Source of the DNA: a virus
Length of the DNA stretch: 64,000 bases
Virus record (IMG/VR): IMGVR_UViG_3300045988_159706
Reading direction: 5' to 3' (one strand)
The notes under the pieces are model-generated. The model saw only the letters and a program-made list of their open reading frames with translations. It was not told the origin of the DNA and ran no database searches. Every line of letters starts with the position of its first letter. The stretch's first letter is position 1. The position numbers were made by a program, and so were the translations under genes. Shown here in pieces: positions 30,745 through 45,700 of the stretch.

Positions 30745-32123
30745 TATAATACACAATAAATAGTTAAGTTACCATCTTCCATTAATTTCTTAATAATATC
30801 ATTAGATACCTGACTTGCAGTTTTTGAAATCTCAGAATCTTCATTATTTAAAACCTCTATACCTGAATTATCTAAGACAGTATTTATATTATCCATTATT
30901 CATTGAATATCTTCAACATTATCATATCCACTTAGTGAAGAATCGTCTGCATTAACATAAAAATCTAAAAGTGCATTTAGTAGTGTATTAATAGACTCTT
31001 GATTTCCGTTATTAGTTAGCTCCAATAAATGTTTGTCACTAACCAAAGAATTTAATATGATGGGTATTGCCACTTCTGCAAATGTAGTATTAGTTGGATA
31101 TTCGCTTTTTAAATATACCTTTCCATTTTCTATATAAGGATTATTCGAATCTGTGAATAGTATAGTATCTTCAGATATAAACTCTGAAAGTGTATTGTCT
31201 AAAATAAATCTTAGTTTACTATAACTCAATGGCTCTCGTTTCTGTAGCTCCCTCTCTATAAGCCCCTGATCTCTAATTGTATTCATTCTTACAATTATGG
31301 TATCATCGGATACGATTTCGCCTAAAGAATTTTCAAAATTTTCTCCGTTATAAGTTAATTTTTGATTTGACTTAGTATATACTACATCTCCCTCATCTAA
31401 TTTAAATTCTTTTAGATCACTAATGGAAATAGGAGAAATTTCTCTTGAGCCTGGCTTCATAAAATATACATCTCAAAGTTTAGCGGAATCCTTTACAGTC
31501 TCCCCTTTCAAAGTTTTCCATACTCCTTTAACTAACATATAGTGATCTTTCCCTACAGTTAATAACTCTTCATTATATTTACTTGGCACTCTTTTAATTA
31601 CTTCTTGAAGACTATCATAATCACTATTGACTATCTGGGAAAACTTATCAAATATATCTAAAGAATCATCTTTAACTAGTTCATCCACTAAAGTGATAAA
31701 AGCTAGGTTATCGTTTTTTAACTGATTATAAACAAACATTACTTTTTCTACTATATCAAGATTAGCTTCGGAAGATATAGCCACAATCCTATTAGGACTA
31801 ACAAAAAAGTTTTGAGTAATAAAAGAATTATTTTTTACTTTCAAAATATTGTAATCCGTTCCTTCTAATTCTGGATAAGTATCTGTAAGTTTATAATTTC
31901 CTATTAATGTATCTGCTAGATTGCCTGAATTTAATGTAGTATTATTTCCTAAATTATCCGCAATAAATTCATATAAATTTCCAGTTACTCTTTCCCCATT
32001 TACTATATAATCCAATTCTGAATTATTCTTCAAGTAATTAATAACTGAATTAGTAGATAACGAGATATCGGCATCAAATGACACCGATATCCCATTACTT
32101 AAATTTAATTCAACACATGCCAT
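30744..32123 (-). CDS. virion-module protein (about 459 aa)
   Basis: ATG 32123. Track ORFs 31473-32123 and 30900-31460 share a frame, joined by TGA 31473 and TGA 30900. TAA at 30744-30746. Confidence 0.7.
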
Positions 32124-32127
32124 ATTA

Positions 32128-35100
32128 TTAGCAACTTTTTATAATTAATAATCCCCTAGTTAATGCCACATTCAGCTTTCTTTCAGATGTTAATTGTTTA
32201 GCTGCACCTCTATTTAAAGCTTTGAATCGTTCATTATTTAGCGGGAATACATTTTGAGGTTTTGCTGTTGGCCCTTCATCAAAATCTTCTATATAAGAAT
32301 CGTCCATAAATTCATCATCATAGTTTGATTTTCTAACTTGATAAAGTGTTTCAAAATCAGTAGCTAAGGTTTTATCTAACACAAAGTTACGATCATAAGT
32401 ATCACCTATAAAATTGAAATATGAATTAATTAATGTATTATTCTTAATTACCTCAGTAAATAATTTACTAAAACTATCTCCTAGGATTTGATTTTTATTT
32501 ACAATTAAATTATATAAAAACATATAATCTGCAACTGTATTATTAGGCCAATTATCATCATTTATATTCACAAAGGTCTCTCCAAGATCCTGAGATGTTA
32601 CTATATCGTTTGCTATAAGATTAAAGTCTATAAGCATTTTCTCATAATAATCTTGATTGGTTTTTTCAATTAAATTAAACATAGGTTTATAATATCTTAC
32701 AAAACCATCACCAGATGCGCTGTATTTTCTATCTGCAATAAGATTATTTAAGAAAAAATTTGTTGGATATTTTAATCTCAAGCTTGGAATTAATGTTTCA
32801 TTTACAAAGATAACAAAATTTTTCAAACCTATTGGGCTATTAATAGAACGTAAAATTACATCATTTAAAGGATGTGTTTCTCCCATTCTATCTACTTCCA
32901 CATTTGAAGGATATTTAAAATCCAAGGATTTTATAGCTTGCACAATCATATCATCCGTCGCTATACTTCTCAATCTACTTGAAAGGGTACTTTTTGGAAT
33001 AACTAATTGTTTATTAGTCATTAGTTTAGTTCTATTCATTTGCTCAATAATAGCTCTATATTTTCCAGATAAATTACCAATAGCTTTTTCTGCATTAATT
33101 GATAAAAAGTCCATTTCATAAAAATGAGGAGAAGTTTTTAATACATCAAGAACATTTATTGTGGTAGCACACTGTTGAAAAATTTTAATCATATCCTTTG
33201 CATATGATTCGTTAGAAAAGAATTTCAACTTATCAAATATAAATCTTCTTCCGATTATATATTTTCTAACAGTTGGATTACCTCCAAATATTTGATCCTC
33301 TCTAATTTTAGCATTTATTATCCGTTCAATTCCTTGCTCGAAGTTAATACGCTTTGCAACAATAGCTCCAAACTCTGTAGATAATCCCTGATTGACTGAA
33401 AGCTCCCTAGCTAATAATGTTAATTCTCCAGCTCCTTTAAATACTTCTTGATAAAATAATAACTTTTGGTAGGCTTCACTCTTTTTATCTGTAACCTTTA
33501 GTAGTTGATCAATTGCTGTAGTAATACTTACGGAGTCAATATTTTCAAACATATTACCTTTTACCATACTAATAATATTAGTCATAATATCATCAGTAAA
33601 AATCTTAACAATATCATTTAAGTCTGCACCAGTCATAATCATTCAGATAATACCTGGAGCAGTTTCTGAAGTACAGTTAATATTATTAAGAATTGGGTTT
33701 TTAGCATTATCGGTTGCCTGAGATAGTAAACTTGATAAAGTAATTGCTACTGTTCCTGAGTTTGTAAAAAATTCAGAATGGGTTGTACTAAATTCCTTGT
33801 TAATTCCAGGTCATATAATAGTCTTACCGATACGTCTGGCGTTTCCACTACTTATCCAATACTCAATTGCATATTCAGCTTTAATCGCAGATGCTACTAT
33901 ACCAATCACTTCTTTACCCACCTTATTATTACTATTCATCTTTATTTGACTTGTAGAAACAAAAGGAGAGAAATTATCACTTGATTTTGGCGATACTGCT
34001 GCAGCCTTTTCAATAGGTTCTACTGTTGTAGGTAATGTAGCATATCCTATAGTTGAGATATTATGATAGGTATTAAACATATTATTCACCAGATTATTCA
34101 TAAAAACTTTGTCCAAAGTTCTTTTAGGAATTCTGTGTGAGTTATGTCTATTTATTTGAGTTGCCAATTGTCCTCCTAAAGCTTGTAATGCTGCCACTGT
34201 ATAAGTATCCCAAATATATACATCATTAAAAAGATCATTTGAAGATTTTGATTGAACTGGGAACTTAGAAATGTCAATAACAATGTTTTTATTTCTTACT
34301 TTAGCTATTAACCTTCTTAGTCTTGGAGAATTTACTGTTAACTTATCTTCTGCTATATATGCTTCTAATAAATCACTAGTTAAATCAACAAAGTCAGTTA
34401 CTTTATTTGTTCAGCCATTAGGATTATTATCTCCCTCTGCTCCATAATATGGGGTATTCCCAGTATATTGAGCTACAAATACTCCTCTGTTTTCTCCATA
34501 AATTATTTCTGGATCTGGAAGTGGCAACTTTTTCGAAGTTTCTAAATCATTATAGTCCCAGAATAAGGACCACGCTGGGTATACCCCGTCATCAGTTAGC
34601 GCTACACCAAGGTTGTTATTTTTATCCACATCATAATCAGAACCTTGCTCATAAGTTTGATATTTATTTACTAGGCTCACGTTATATGGACTTTGAAATA
34701 TATCTACAATTTCACAAGGCATTGCAAACTGCTCACTTTGCGCTGGAATACGAGCTACAATATATTTTAAGGTTTCCCAAAAAGAATTATACTGTTTATT
34801 AGCTAAATCATTAATAAACTCTTCATTAACTTTAAAGATTTTATTTCTTTTCATTAGCTTATTAACCTCTGGGTTAACATTACCATCATAGCCAGAATAA
34901 AGGCCAGATTGCAAAATATTATCCAAGACTTGTATTGGATTATTTTGGTCCACAATAACTGCAACTTCTGTTCCATTTACCTTGTAAAACTCTATGCCAT
35001 CAATTTTATAAAGGTCTTCACCTCTATCATTAATTCTATAGATGCCTGTATCATCTGTTGGAACTGTAATTTTAGTCTCTTCAGTTAAAAAGTTTTCAAC

Positions 35101-38100
35101 AAAATCTTTATTAAAATAAATAGGTAAATGTGCTCCAGTATTTGACTTTAACACAAACTCTGAAGGTATCATTCCGTCTGGAAATATTACCTTTCTGTTG
35201 ATTAATATGCGCTCTTTAAATCATTCTGGACCTCCTTGCCTGATTTCATCAATACTTACTCCTGCTGGAATATTTAGTACAGATGAATATTTATAAGATG
35301 TACTAATTTCTGAATTAACATAATCAGTACCTAAGATTTCTATTACAGGTAGTTGTTTTCAATCCCCTAAAGGATCATATGCAATAAAACCTCCATTTTT
35401 ATTCAAGACATCAACTCTACCTTCACTAATAGCTTTATATAGCACATTATTCATGAAGGTTCTTGTTGCTTCAGGATCTTTAACTGTATCATACTCTAAA
35501 GCATACCGCAATCCTAATGAGAAAACATTAATTTTTCTATCATAGATCTCTCCATCTTCTCCTTGAATACGAACATTCACAAATACATTACGTCCTTTTA
35601 AATTTCTTGGCTTAACATAGCATTTAGTAACAGTATATAATCCTTCCTGAATTCTTAAGTACTCTTCATATGAATTTAACTCCACAGGGATGGGAACAGA
35701 ACTTGAGATTCCTTCTAAATTATGATACACTCCATCTGCTCCTTTTAGGTAATAAATATTTCCAAATTCTAGAGCCAATGGATCTACAACTTCTTTGTTG
35801 TCAATTTCCTGCAAATGTGTTAAAATTTCTGGTCTTGTAATTAAATCAAGACTATTATATTTTCTCCCAGACTCGTCTTCAAAGATCATAAGAATATCAT
35901 AAGAAGGAACCATAACATCTGCAGAACCAGCATATTTACGTTTGATAAATCCATTAGTATAAATAACTACATCGGATGCAATCTTTCCCATTAAGTTTTC
36001 ATCACTAAATGGAATTGCAATCCCAAGATCATCTAAACTAACTCCAGGATTAGCTTGAATCTTTTCATTAATCTGCTCCATTAATGCTTGAGCTAACCCA
36101 AGAACGTCCACATTATCCTTTAAGAAGGTCTTTACTAAACCTTTTCCAAAAATATCTACAAGTTTACTACGATTATCTATATTATTTACAAATTGCGCAG
36201 ATGTAGATTTGATAAGATTAGCTAAAGAGGTATAAATTTCCTTAGTGATATTCTGTACTAAACCTTTCTGAGCCATAAAGGAAATTAGCTGGGTAGGTTC
36301 ACTAACTTCAGCATCATCAACTGCGTGATCAGCATCAAGCTGGACAGCAGTATTGGAAATATCTAATCCTATAACATGTAATGGTAAAGATTTACCCCTA
36401 AATACACTATTACTTGTAATAGGTAACTGAGCTGATTTATTTGTAGATTCTGTTGGAAAATAATGAATCATTTTCTTCTTTAGAAATTGATCTACATCAG
36501 ATTGGGATAATACAGAACCATCCACACTAGTTTTCACACCAATAGAATTTAACAGATTTAGAACTTGATGTTGAGAAGCTTCTGAGTAAACAAAGGTATC
36601 TCCTCCATATTCATCAGTAACAATTTCCCCAGAAAACTCTGCACCTAATAAGTTATAAACATCCCATAGATTGCTTAATACAACTGGTATATCTATTGTA
36701 GTTGTACCTTCGGCGAGATTTTCTAAATTATAAGTATAATTGTTATCTCCTTGTCATTTTAAGTTAGACACTTTAAATACTTGTAATCCCTTTCCTGGCT
36801 CATTAATTTGATAATATCCCATAATATTTGTTCTCTTACCATTAAAATTTTTGGTAATATCAAACCAACGTCCCCCATAAAAGAAATCAGCTAGAGTATA
36901 AGACTGTCTAAGCATTTCCTTTAACTTAAATCTTCCATGAATATTTTTTAATAGAAATGCATTAGAAATACCAAATGTTGCAGATTTATTTAAAGTGGCG
37001 ACCCCCTTACCTTCAATCATAGAGTGTCCTAATGTTTTTCTAACAATACCTTCTACTTTATAGTCAACTGTAGAATTATCAGATAATCATAAAGTAGTAA
37101 TAGGTGCAAATACAGCTCCATCCCATACATTCATTTCTTGCCCTGCAGATTTATTTAAATCCGCTACTGGGGAGTTGTAATCACTAATTGTTGCATAATT
37201 GGCCGTATTTGGCAAACCTGTTAGAATTCCTCTTTGGTATGCATGTCCTGTTGCACTTAAAGCAACCATACGTTTAGTTGAAGTAACATAAGACTGTTCG
37301 GTATTTTTTGTAAAATCATCAACAGTTAATTCTCCTATTGGTTTACTATATACAGCTAGATTTTTATACTTATGTGCAATAGTACTTCCTACAGTTAGCA
37401 AAATATAATTATAGGATAATAGAGCGTGTGTATAAAAATATTTTTTAACATCATCCTGAGTCATTCCAAATCTATTCTTGAATGCTTCCATGATGTCACC
37501 TGTTCTAAAAATTTCTCTACAGTCTTTTAAAAATAAATTATACTCATTTTCAAAGAAAGAATCTGAGTTTGAAAAAGCTAAATAATATCCATATAGTAGT
37601 CTATTAAACTTAATACCAGAACCTTTAACTTTTTTATAATCAAATTCATTAGAAATTACATAGTTAGTATAATTTTTTGCATTATATTCATCAACTAAAT
37701 TGTTTAAATCATCTTCAGTTACTCCTTTCAATGCAAAATCAATATTGTTTATTCTATCTATATAATTATCAGAAGGAGTTATCTTAAGAATCCTTTCAAA
37801 CAAACTTAAAGAATTCTCTAAGTATTTTGTTTGAATTTCTAGACCTCCAGTTCTAAAGAAATCTGCAATCTCTTTTCAAGAAGCTTGTGCAATACTTTTA
37901 TTCCTACCTTCTCCTAACCCTTCAATAGCTTTAGTAGTATCAAATACTTGATACATAATAGATTTCTTATCAGAAGGAGTAATTCCCTCAATAAGAATCT
38001 CTCCATTATCCTTCATAGATCTATTATAATCCCAACCAATTGCAACTTGCAACTGTTCAGCATCAGTAAAATCCTCTGCTAATCTAAATTTCTTCTTAAT

Positions 38101-39786
38101 TTTAGAAAAAGCATCTAGATGAAGTCGACTTTCTTTATATAAAGTTGGGTTTTTATATAAGAAAGATAGCATTAATGGTGATTCAGAACCAGTTGGGGAA
38201 TTTTCTATTCTATTTTGCAGATTTGCTAAATGTTGATAGAATGTATTGGATAAATTAGCTAAACGATAATTAGGAACTTTATTTCCATCACTTCGGGAAG
38301 TAATACTTTTTATAACCTCAGGATTCTTATCCAGATAATATTTAGCTAAAGCCACTAAATTTGCATCATCTCCATTAATTTTGGCCCCTGTAGTTATTCT
38401 AGTAATTAAAGTAATAATGTCGTTTAATGGTAGATCCTGATTTTTAAATTGAAGAAAATCAAATCCTGTTAAATTTTTAAAATGATATAAAAGGGCTTCT
38501 GTTGTTAATTTTCCAATATCCTGTGGAAGTAATTTTTTACCATTTACTTTTGGAATGCCTTGTTTACTTATAACATAGTCAATGTTATTGGCCATTTGTA
38601 AAGAGACAACACCTTTATTTAGTACATCAGTGCTTGTCGTTCTATTTTCGTCCCAATTATATCTTTGATACGTTTGTTTAACATACTTTAGCATTCCTGC
38701 TAACATTGTATCAAGATAATTTATGCCATCAGATTTGATTATTTTAGAAAAGGATTTTTTATAGGCTTCCACTAAATTAATACTAACCTTTCCACTCTCT
38801 GCCCCAGTTGAATCAAAATATCTAGTTCTTATACTATAAAGAATTTTATCAACATTAGAGTTGATAGTTTCTAATGAATCTGTATAACTAATAATTTCAT
38901 CAACCAATAATCTGGGATTTTCAATAATTTTTCTAAATCTAGTTCAATCACTCCTGGCAATATTATTTAATAGAGTATTAGAAGCCTCATAAAACATTGC
39001 CGCTGTCAGATTCTTTTTAGTTTGTCTGGCAGTTCTTCTTCCATTTTTTGATTGAAATACATCATATAAAGGAGTGCTTTCTATAAGTAATTTTAAAGAG
39101 CCTGAGGTATCATCATATGCAGATCTATCATCTTTTCTTTCTCATCCTGCGACATGATGGTGTCCATCATTAATCTCAAAATTTTCTTCAGTATAATTGT
39201 ACCTAATATAATGATTACTAATTTCAGGGATTAATTCTCTATTATGTAATAACAGAATATACTGATAGTACTCCCTTTTATCAATATTATTTAAATTCTC
39301 TTTAAATGCATCATTAATCCTATTACCATACGTTGCAAAGGTATCCCCAAAGGTATCACTTAAATCACATAAGAGTACTTCTAATGATTTTTGTAATTTT
39401 TCTTTACTATCAATTACTTCATACTCTCCAGTAGCATCATTAAAAATATTTAAGATTAATGAATCACCTACTCTTCTTGCAGCATACTGCATAAAGTCTC
39501 TATATGAAGTAAAATCAAATTGAATTTTTCCATCAGGTGTATTATATGTAAAGTATCCCTTTATAGTTTTATTAATACTTCCTGCATCAACTAGATTTTT
39601 TAAACAATATCTTTTTACATGTTCGGACAATGCTTGTACGAAATCTGGTTCTACACTCATGCCATTCTCAGACAGCTGAGTTAATAATTTAGAATAGATA
39701 TCTGAGTCGTTAAAAAACGACCCAGATGTATCTATATCTAAACTTTTTGCAACGTCAACGATTATTGATTTAATTGTGCAATCCAT
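32128..39786 (-). CDS. giant protein (about 2552 aa), candidate virion RNA polymerase (DxDxD motif)
   Basis: ATG 39786. Eight track ORFs from 39142-39786 down to 32128-33642 are all in one frame. All seven gaps were translated and contain no TAA or TAG. TAA at 32128-32130. YEQGSDYDVDKNN (DYDVD at 34624-34638) resembles the Asp triad described for the crAss-like virion RNAP. Confidence 0.8.
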
Positions 39787-39789
39787 AAA

Positions 39790-42700
39790 TTAACATTCTT
39801 CTCCTGCAGTTAATATATCTAAAAGTTCTTTAACACTACTTACTAATTGGTATTTGTTTTTCATCTTTTCAAAGATTGCAACATTTTTTCCATTATTCAT
39901 GTAAGCATCCAGTTTTTCTGCAACATCCCTACTAAAAGTAAACGATTTTACTTGATTTCCAAGTTGAAGTTTATATGTTACAGGATTTCCTGATTCTATA
40001 TTTTGTCGTGTTACAAAGATACCATTATTTTCCTGTCTTACAAAATGAACAAACGAATGAACATAATCATTATATTCATCTAATAAATCCATACACTCTT
40101 CAGTAAGGATATCCTCTTCTGGGTTAGATGGTTCCATTACTAAATTTTCTGCAGTATTATTAACCTGTTCCTTTACAGTTTCTACTGCCTCTTGTATTGG
40201 TTCAACTTTGGCTTCTTCAGTAACTTCTGTAAATACTGAGTTTAATCCTTGTTCATAGTCATAATATGACATTACGGACCATCCTCTTTCATATACAAAA
40301 TTATTATCTGCAGTATAATTTAAATTAGTAGGAACATTATTAGTTCTATAAGTTTTATCAAAATCTGTTTGATGATAATTGGCAAAGATCTTAGAATACA
40401 ATTTGAACATTGGCTCTGTATTTATACCCTCCAATAAACTTACAAAACCATCATAATCAGAATATATAGATTTATAAATATCCCAAACTTGATTAACTCT
40501 TAACTCAGTAATAGGGTCATTTCCTGCAAAGATTATTTCTGCAGATTTATCCTCATTTGAAAAATCTACTCTATTCGCAATATCTTGTAAATCTGAAATT
40601 GCAAGCTTAGAAATTCACTCTGGAAGAGGTTTTCCAGACTGTTTTAAAGCTATTAATCTTTGAGTCCATGCAGCAATATTTTTATAGAGCTTATTATGGG
40701 ATTCCTTCGTTCCTATAATTCTAACATCCTCTTTGAATTTATCCTCCCAGTCAGCAGTTGGAGCATAGTTATAATATAGCTGAATTGGTTGTACAGAGAT
40801 TCTAATTCGAGCTTTTCTTATAAATTGTTCCATAATAGCAGGAGACCATTCAGAATACTTTTTCATGTCTCTCACTAATTCTGTTAAAATTCTATAAGTT
40901 TGCTTTAAATCATTTATATATTGATTTATAGAATTATCCAAGGAGACTGCCTTATCGGTATAATTAGACCGCAGTTTAGCAAAAATAGTTACAGCACTTG
41001 CTGTAATCTTTGATACTTCTCTAACCTTTTCATTTCTCTGCTTAAAAGGATTTCCTTCAGAAGTATGAGAATCTCATATATCAGAAGCTACTTTGTACAA
41101 AGCATCTATTTCTGTATATAATTCAGAAATAGAATATTCTCCTCTTTTATCAGTTAATCATTCATCATTAACTCTAATAGGTTTAGTAGATTCAAAGAAT
41201 GAGTATTCAAAATCTGGTGTCCCAGAGCTATAACGATAAGGAGTTCAATACCTTTGATTATCAAATTCCTTATTCATTGGATCAAAGAAAATAGGTGAGT
41301 CTGGAGTGTAAAAATTAAGCTTTTCTGAATCAAATCTATAGTAAGTTGTTTGATTCTGTTTTGCATCCAATTCTTGAATTGCATCCAGTAATTTAGTATC
41401 TCCAGCAACATTTATGCCTTTACCTACTGTTTCTGCATTAGGAAAGATTGCCAAAGTTACTTCCTTATCCCCATCTTTATAAACTAATCTTCTAAAGATT
41501 TTAGCTTTAGATAAATCTTTATTTGGATCAAAATTACCTACTCCCCAAGCATTATCAATACTAGAATCATAAGGAGATACTTTTATTAAAAATTCTCCTG
41601 TATCTTCTACACCGTAAAGATTATAATTTTCTGCTCCAGTTAACTTTAAATATAAATTATTTCTCAAGGCATTTAATTGAGTGGCTGCTATTTTGAAGGC
41701 CTCACTTCGAATATCGGCATCCTCAGTTAAAAATAAATTTATATCCTCAGTATCATTGCCTCTATGATATACTTGTTCTGAATCAACCATTCCTCCTAAA
41801 CGATTAAAGAACGTATGTACTCTAAGCATAGATCTGATTAATGGGACTTCATTAACAGTTAACTGTTTTGTTGGTGCTATATCTTCATTTGGAGCTTCTG
41901 TTGGATTCTCAGTAGCGATATTTAATTCAGGAATTGATAATTTGCTTAGGCTTTCTTTTCTATATTCCTGATAAGTTTTAATAGACTCTTCGTTTATACC
42001 TATACTATAGACATCTTTCCACTCTTTTTGGGTTGTGGTAAATACAGATTGCTTTGAGCTCTTTAATAATCCATGAATTATAGTGGCATTTTTACCTCTA
42101 GTTAAAATTGTATAAACATCCTTTCTACTTGGAATCCCTAAAGGTCCATCCTGGAAATTTAAGTCTCCATTGATTAAGACATAATCAAACTCTTGACCCT
42201 GTACTGCTACTACTTCTGTTTTTAATACAACATTTTTTGGAGGAATTAACCCATTCTTCTTTATGTCATATAAAAGAATTGTACTGTCAGGATGAGCCTT
42301 TGCAAACTCATTTAATGCTTCTTGAGTTAATACTCCAGCATTATTCTTAATGCCAACAACATCAGACTCATTTTCTGCATATTGAAGTTCAAATGTAGTA
42401 CTGTCTAAGTTATATGGGAATTTAATTAATCTTCCTGAGTTCCACTTTCCAATGTTTGTAGTAACTCTTTTAGATTCATATAGACTACTGCCAATAAAAG
42501 TTAGACATCGATCAAAAGAGTCTAGCTCTCCTTTTTCATTACTATATCCAGATTGTAAAATGTCTCCAGTAGTGACAATTTTAAAATTAAGTTGTTTGGC
42601 TAATTCATCCAATAGTAGATACTGTTCACGAGATACATAGGTTCCCTCATCAATAATAATTGTTAAAAAATTATTTTGGAGTATTCCTCTTAAATCATCT

Positions 42701-45700
42701 GATACAGCTAGTCCGTAATCCTTACTATTAAACTTAACTTCAGCACCTTCAATGGTTGTATATTTCTTAAAGTCCTCTATAGTATAGTTAATTTGCTCTT
42801 GAGCATTATTATCTATAATTTTAACGCCATCTTCAAATAACTTGAACAAATTAGCTATTGTATATTTACTTGCTCTATCTGCATTTAGTTTTTCTAAGTT
42901 TGCCTCAGTAGGAGCAGAAAATAAATATTGAGAATTTTCTATTTTATTTTGAACTAATTGAATTAGTGGAAGTATAGCAACTGATTTACCAACTCCAGAA
43001 CCCGCACAGAACCTAAACATATTCTCTAATACAGAATAAGATTGTGAATCCTTTGCTTTCTGCTGAACAACAGAAATAATTCTGCGAATTTCTACCTTAT
43101 CTCCATTAAGATATTGAATAGCTTGTTTTACTAGAAACTCCTGAGAATAATAAGGGGCCTTTTCAAATTGTCCCTCTTCAATAACTTCTTTGTAAGGCTT
43201 GTAAAAAGTTGCAGGCTCGCTAATTAAGTTTGACATTAAATACCAGAAGTTTAATGCATCCATTGTATGAATATGATCAACATTCTGTTCTTTATTTAAA
43301 CTTAAGTAAGCAGGTTCAGCAGAAAACTCAGGGAATAAATCACACAGTAAACCTATGAACGTATCCTTTTGTTCTGGAGTTAATCCTCTATAATAAGTAA
43401 TTAAAGCAGCTTCATTATTAATTAGTGCCTGTTCAAATTTAATATCAGCTTCACTAATTGCATCCTTATCTAAATCATCAAGAACAATGTTATCTATGAA
43501 TTCAAAGGTAGGTAGTTCTGGTAAAGAATTCTTTGTAAATATAGAATCCTTCTCATTTAATTGTTTATAAATATCAATCCTATCTTGTTTAATACTAACA
43601 CTTAATTTTTGCTCTTTGATATTTTCGTTGTTGGCGTTAGCATCACTAATAGCCTCAAGCCCTGCAATTTGAGATTGAACTAAACTGATTCTATTAGTTA
43701 GAGCTCGTTTAACTTTGTCACTAATAATTGGAAGTTCAAAAACTGGATTTTTATGACTTTTATTAAAATCATTAATAACCTCATTAATACTGGTTAAGTT
43801 ATCAACACTTCTTGTAACTGAAGTTGCCCCTCTTAACAATGCCTCAACTTGGAATAATTGAGTATTTAGGTTATCTAGCTGCTGTCTAACTGGAGTTTCA
43901 AGAATATAAGTTTGCTTTCCACTTTCATACTTAATTAGTTCCTCATCAACTAATTTAGTGGAATTTAATCCAAGTTGTTTTAGTATATCTTCGATATTAT
44001 CATTTCCAATATCTCTATATACATTATTAACAACATTATAGACATCTTTAGCCTTTTCTAAAGCTTCCTGCCAACGTTTTACATCTGGAGCAAGATCTTG
44101 ATGTTCAGTTGCGTTAGTATCAATAAGGCCATTTATAAAGTCTGACACCATTCCAACTATTTTTGAAGATACACTTTCATTAGGATCCTCTGGAAGAAGA
44201 GAATTAACCCTTTCTTCAGTTGGCTGACCTTCATCATCAAGAATTACAACAGGATTGCCCTTTTCATCTAAATCATAAGCAGATTCTACAGCCTCTTCAA
44301 ACTCAAATACATCGAATAAATTATAACTCTCTGGAATAACATTATCTCCATTATAAACACTATAAAGATAATTAGCAAGACTTTTAATAATAGGGAGATT
44401 ATTTCTTAGAGAAGAATGTCCCACTAAGCCATGGATAATTCCAACTAACTCATTATAGGACATAAATCCATTATTCCTATCTTTATAAATAAGCCTTCCA
44501 GATGAGGGATCCATTTCTAATTTATCTGCTAAATTTGCAAGCTTTTCATCAAGAATTTCCCCCTCTCTATTTTTAAGATTATCTGCTATTAATTCAGACA
44601 TCCTTCTATATAATTGGTATGAAGTGAATGAATCTATTTCTGACTGTTTAGATTCGACGTAATTAGCATATTTTTCGTCGACATAAGCTTTAAGAGTATC
44701 ATTTAACTTAGAATAGTCATAATTAAATACCTGTTTAGCATAGTTTTCTACATTAGGTGAATAAAAAAGCCCAAACACACTTGGAGTATAAGACGCCATC
44801 ATTCTTCCAAAGTAGATTTCATTTCCTCCGCTTACTAGTTGATGAATTTGATCTTTATAATAATCAAATTGAGCTTGCGCTGCTTTTATAATTTGAGGAT
44901 CCGTTTTTTCATCCTTTTGTAATCTGAATAACTCCGAGGAAACATCATTCAATTGTAATTGAAGTTTTGTCAGATCATCTGCCATTAGATCAAGAAGCTT
45001 TCCATCATCCCCCGCCTGCTGAGAAATTTGTAATGCAGTTAAACTTCTATAAATTGGCACATTAGCTAAATCATCTTTAGAATATTTAATACCCTCTTGT
45101 TCCAAGAATAGATCTAACGTATTTATGTGATTTATAAAGGAATCTATTAAATACGAATTTTGTGTCTTTGACTTATCCGAAGCTGGGAGATATGAACCGT
45201 CTTCTGCTCTTTCATCATATGATAATGTATTACTTCCTAGAGCCTTTCCTTTAAAAGATTGTGCTATTTTTATTATTTCATCTTTCTGACCAGCATTAAC
45301 TTTTTGAAGAATTGCCCTTGCCATTTCTGGACGTTTTGATAGAGCTGAGCTTCAGTCTGCACTTCCACCTCTAGTTCTCCACCAATTTTCTAATCCAAAA
45401 ACAGTACCACCAATACCACCACCAATAAAACTAACTAAATATCGCTGAATAGGATCAGAGGCGGCATAATCAAAGTGACCTTGAGTTTCATAGCCCAGTT
45501 CCTTTCTAATAGCATTTAATCCATTACCAAGAACTCCTTGAGCAAAGTCTGTCATTAGTTCTTCCATAACTTCTTCAGTTGCTTCAGATACAGTACTGGT
45601 TAAAATTCCCCTTCTTCCACCATATACAACTGAGGTTCAAAGATCATTTATAGTTTTTGTGAAAGATTTAAACTTTCCTACAAAACCTCCTTTTACTCCT

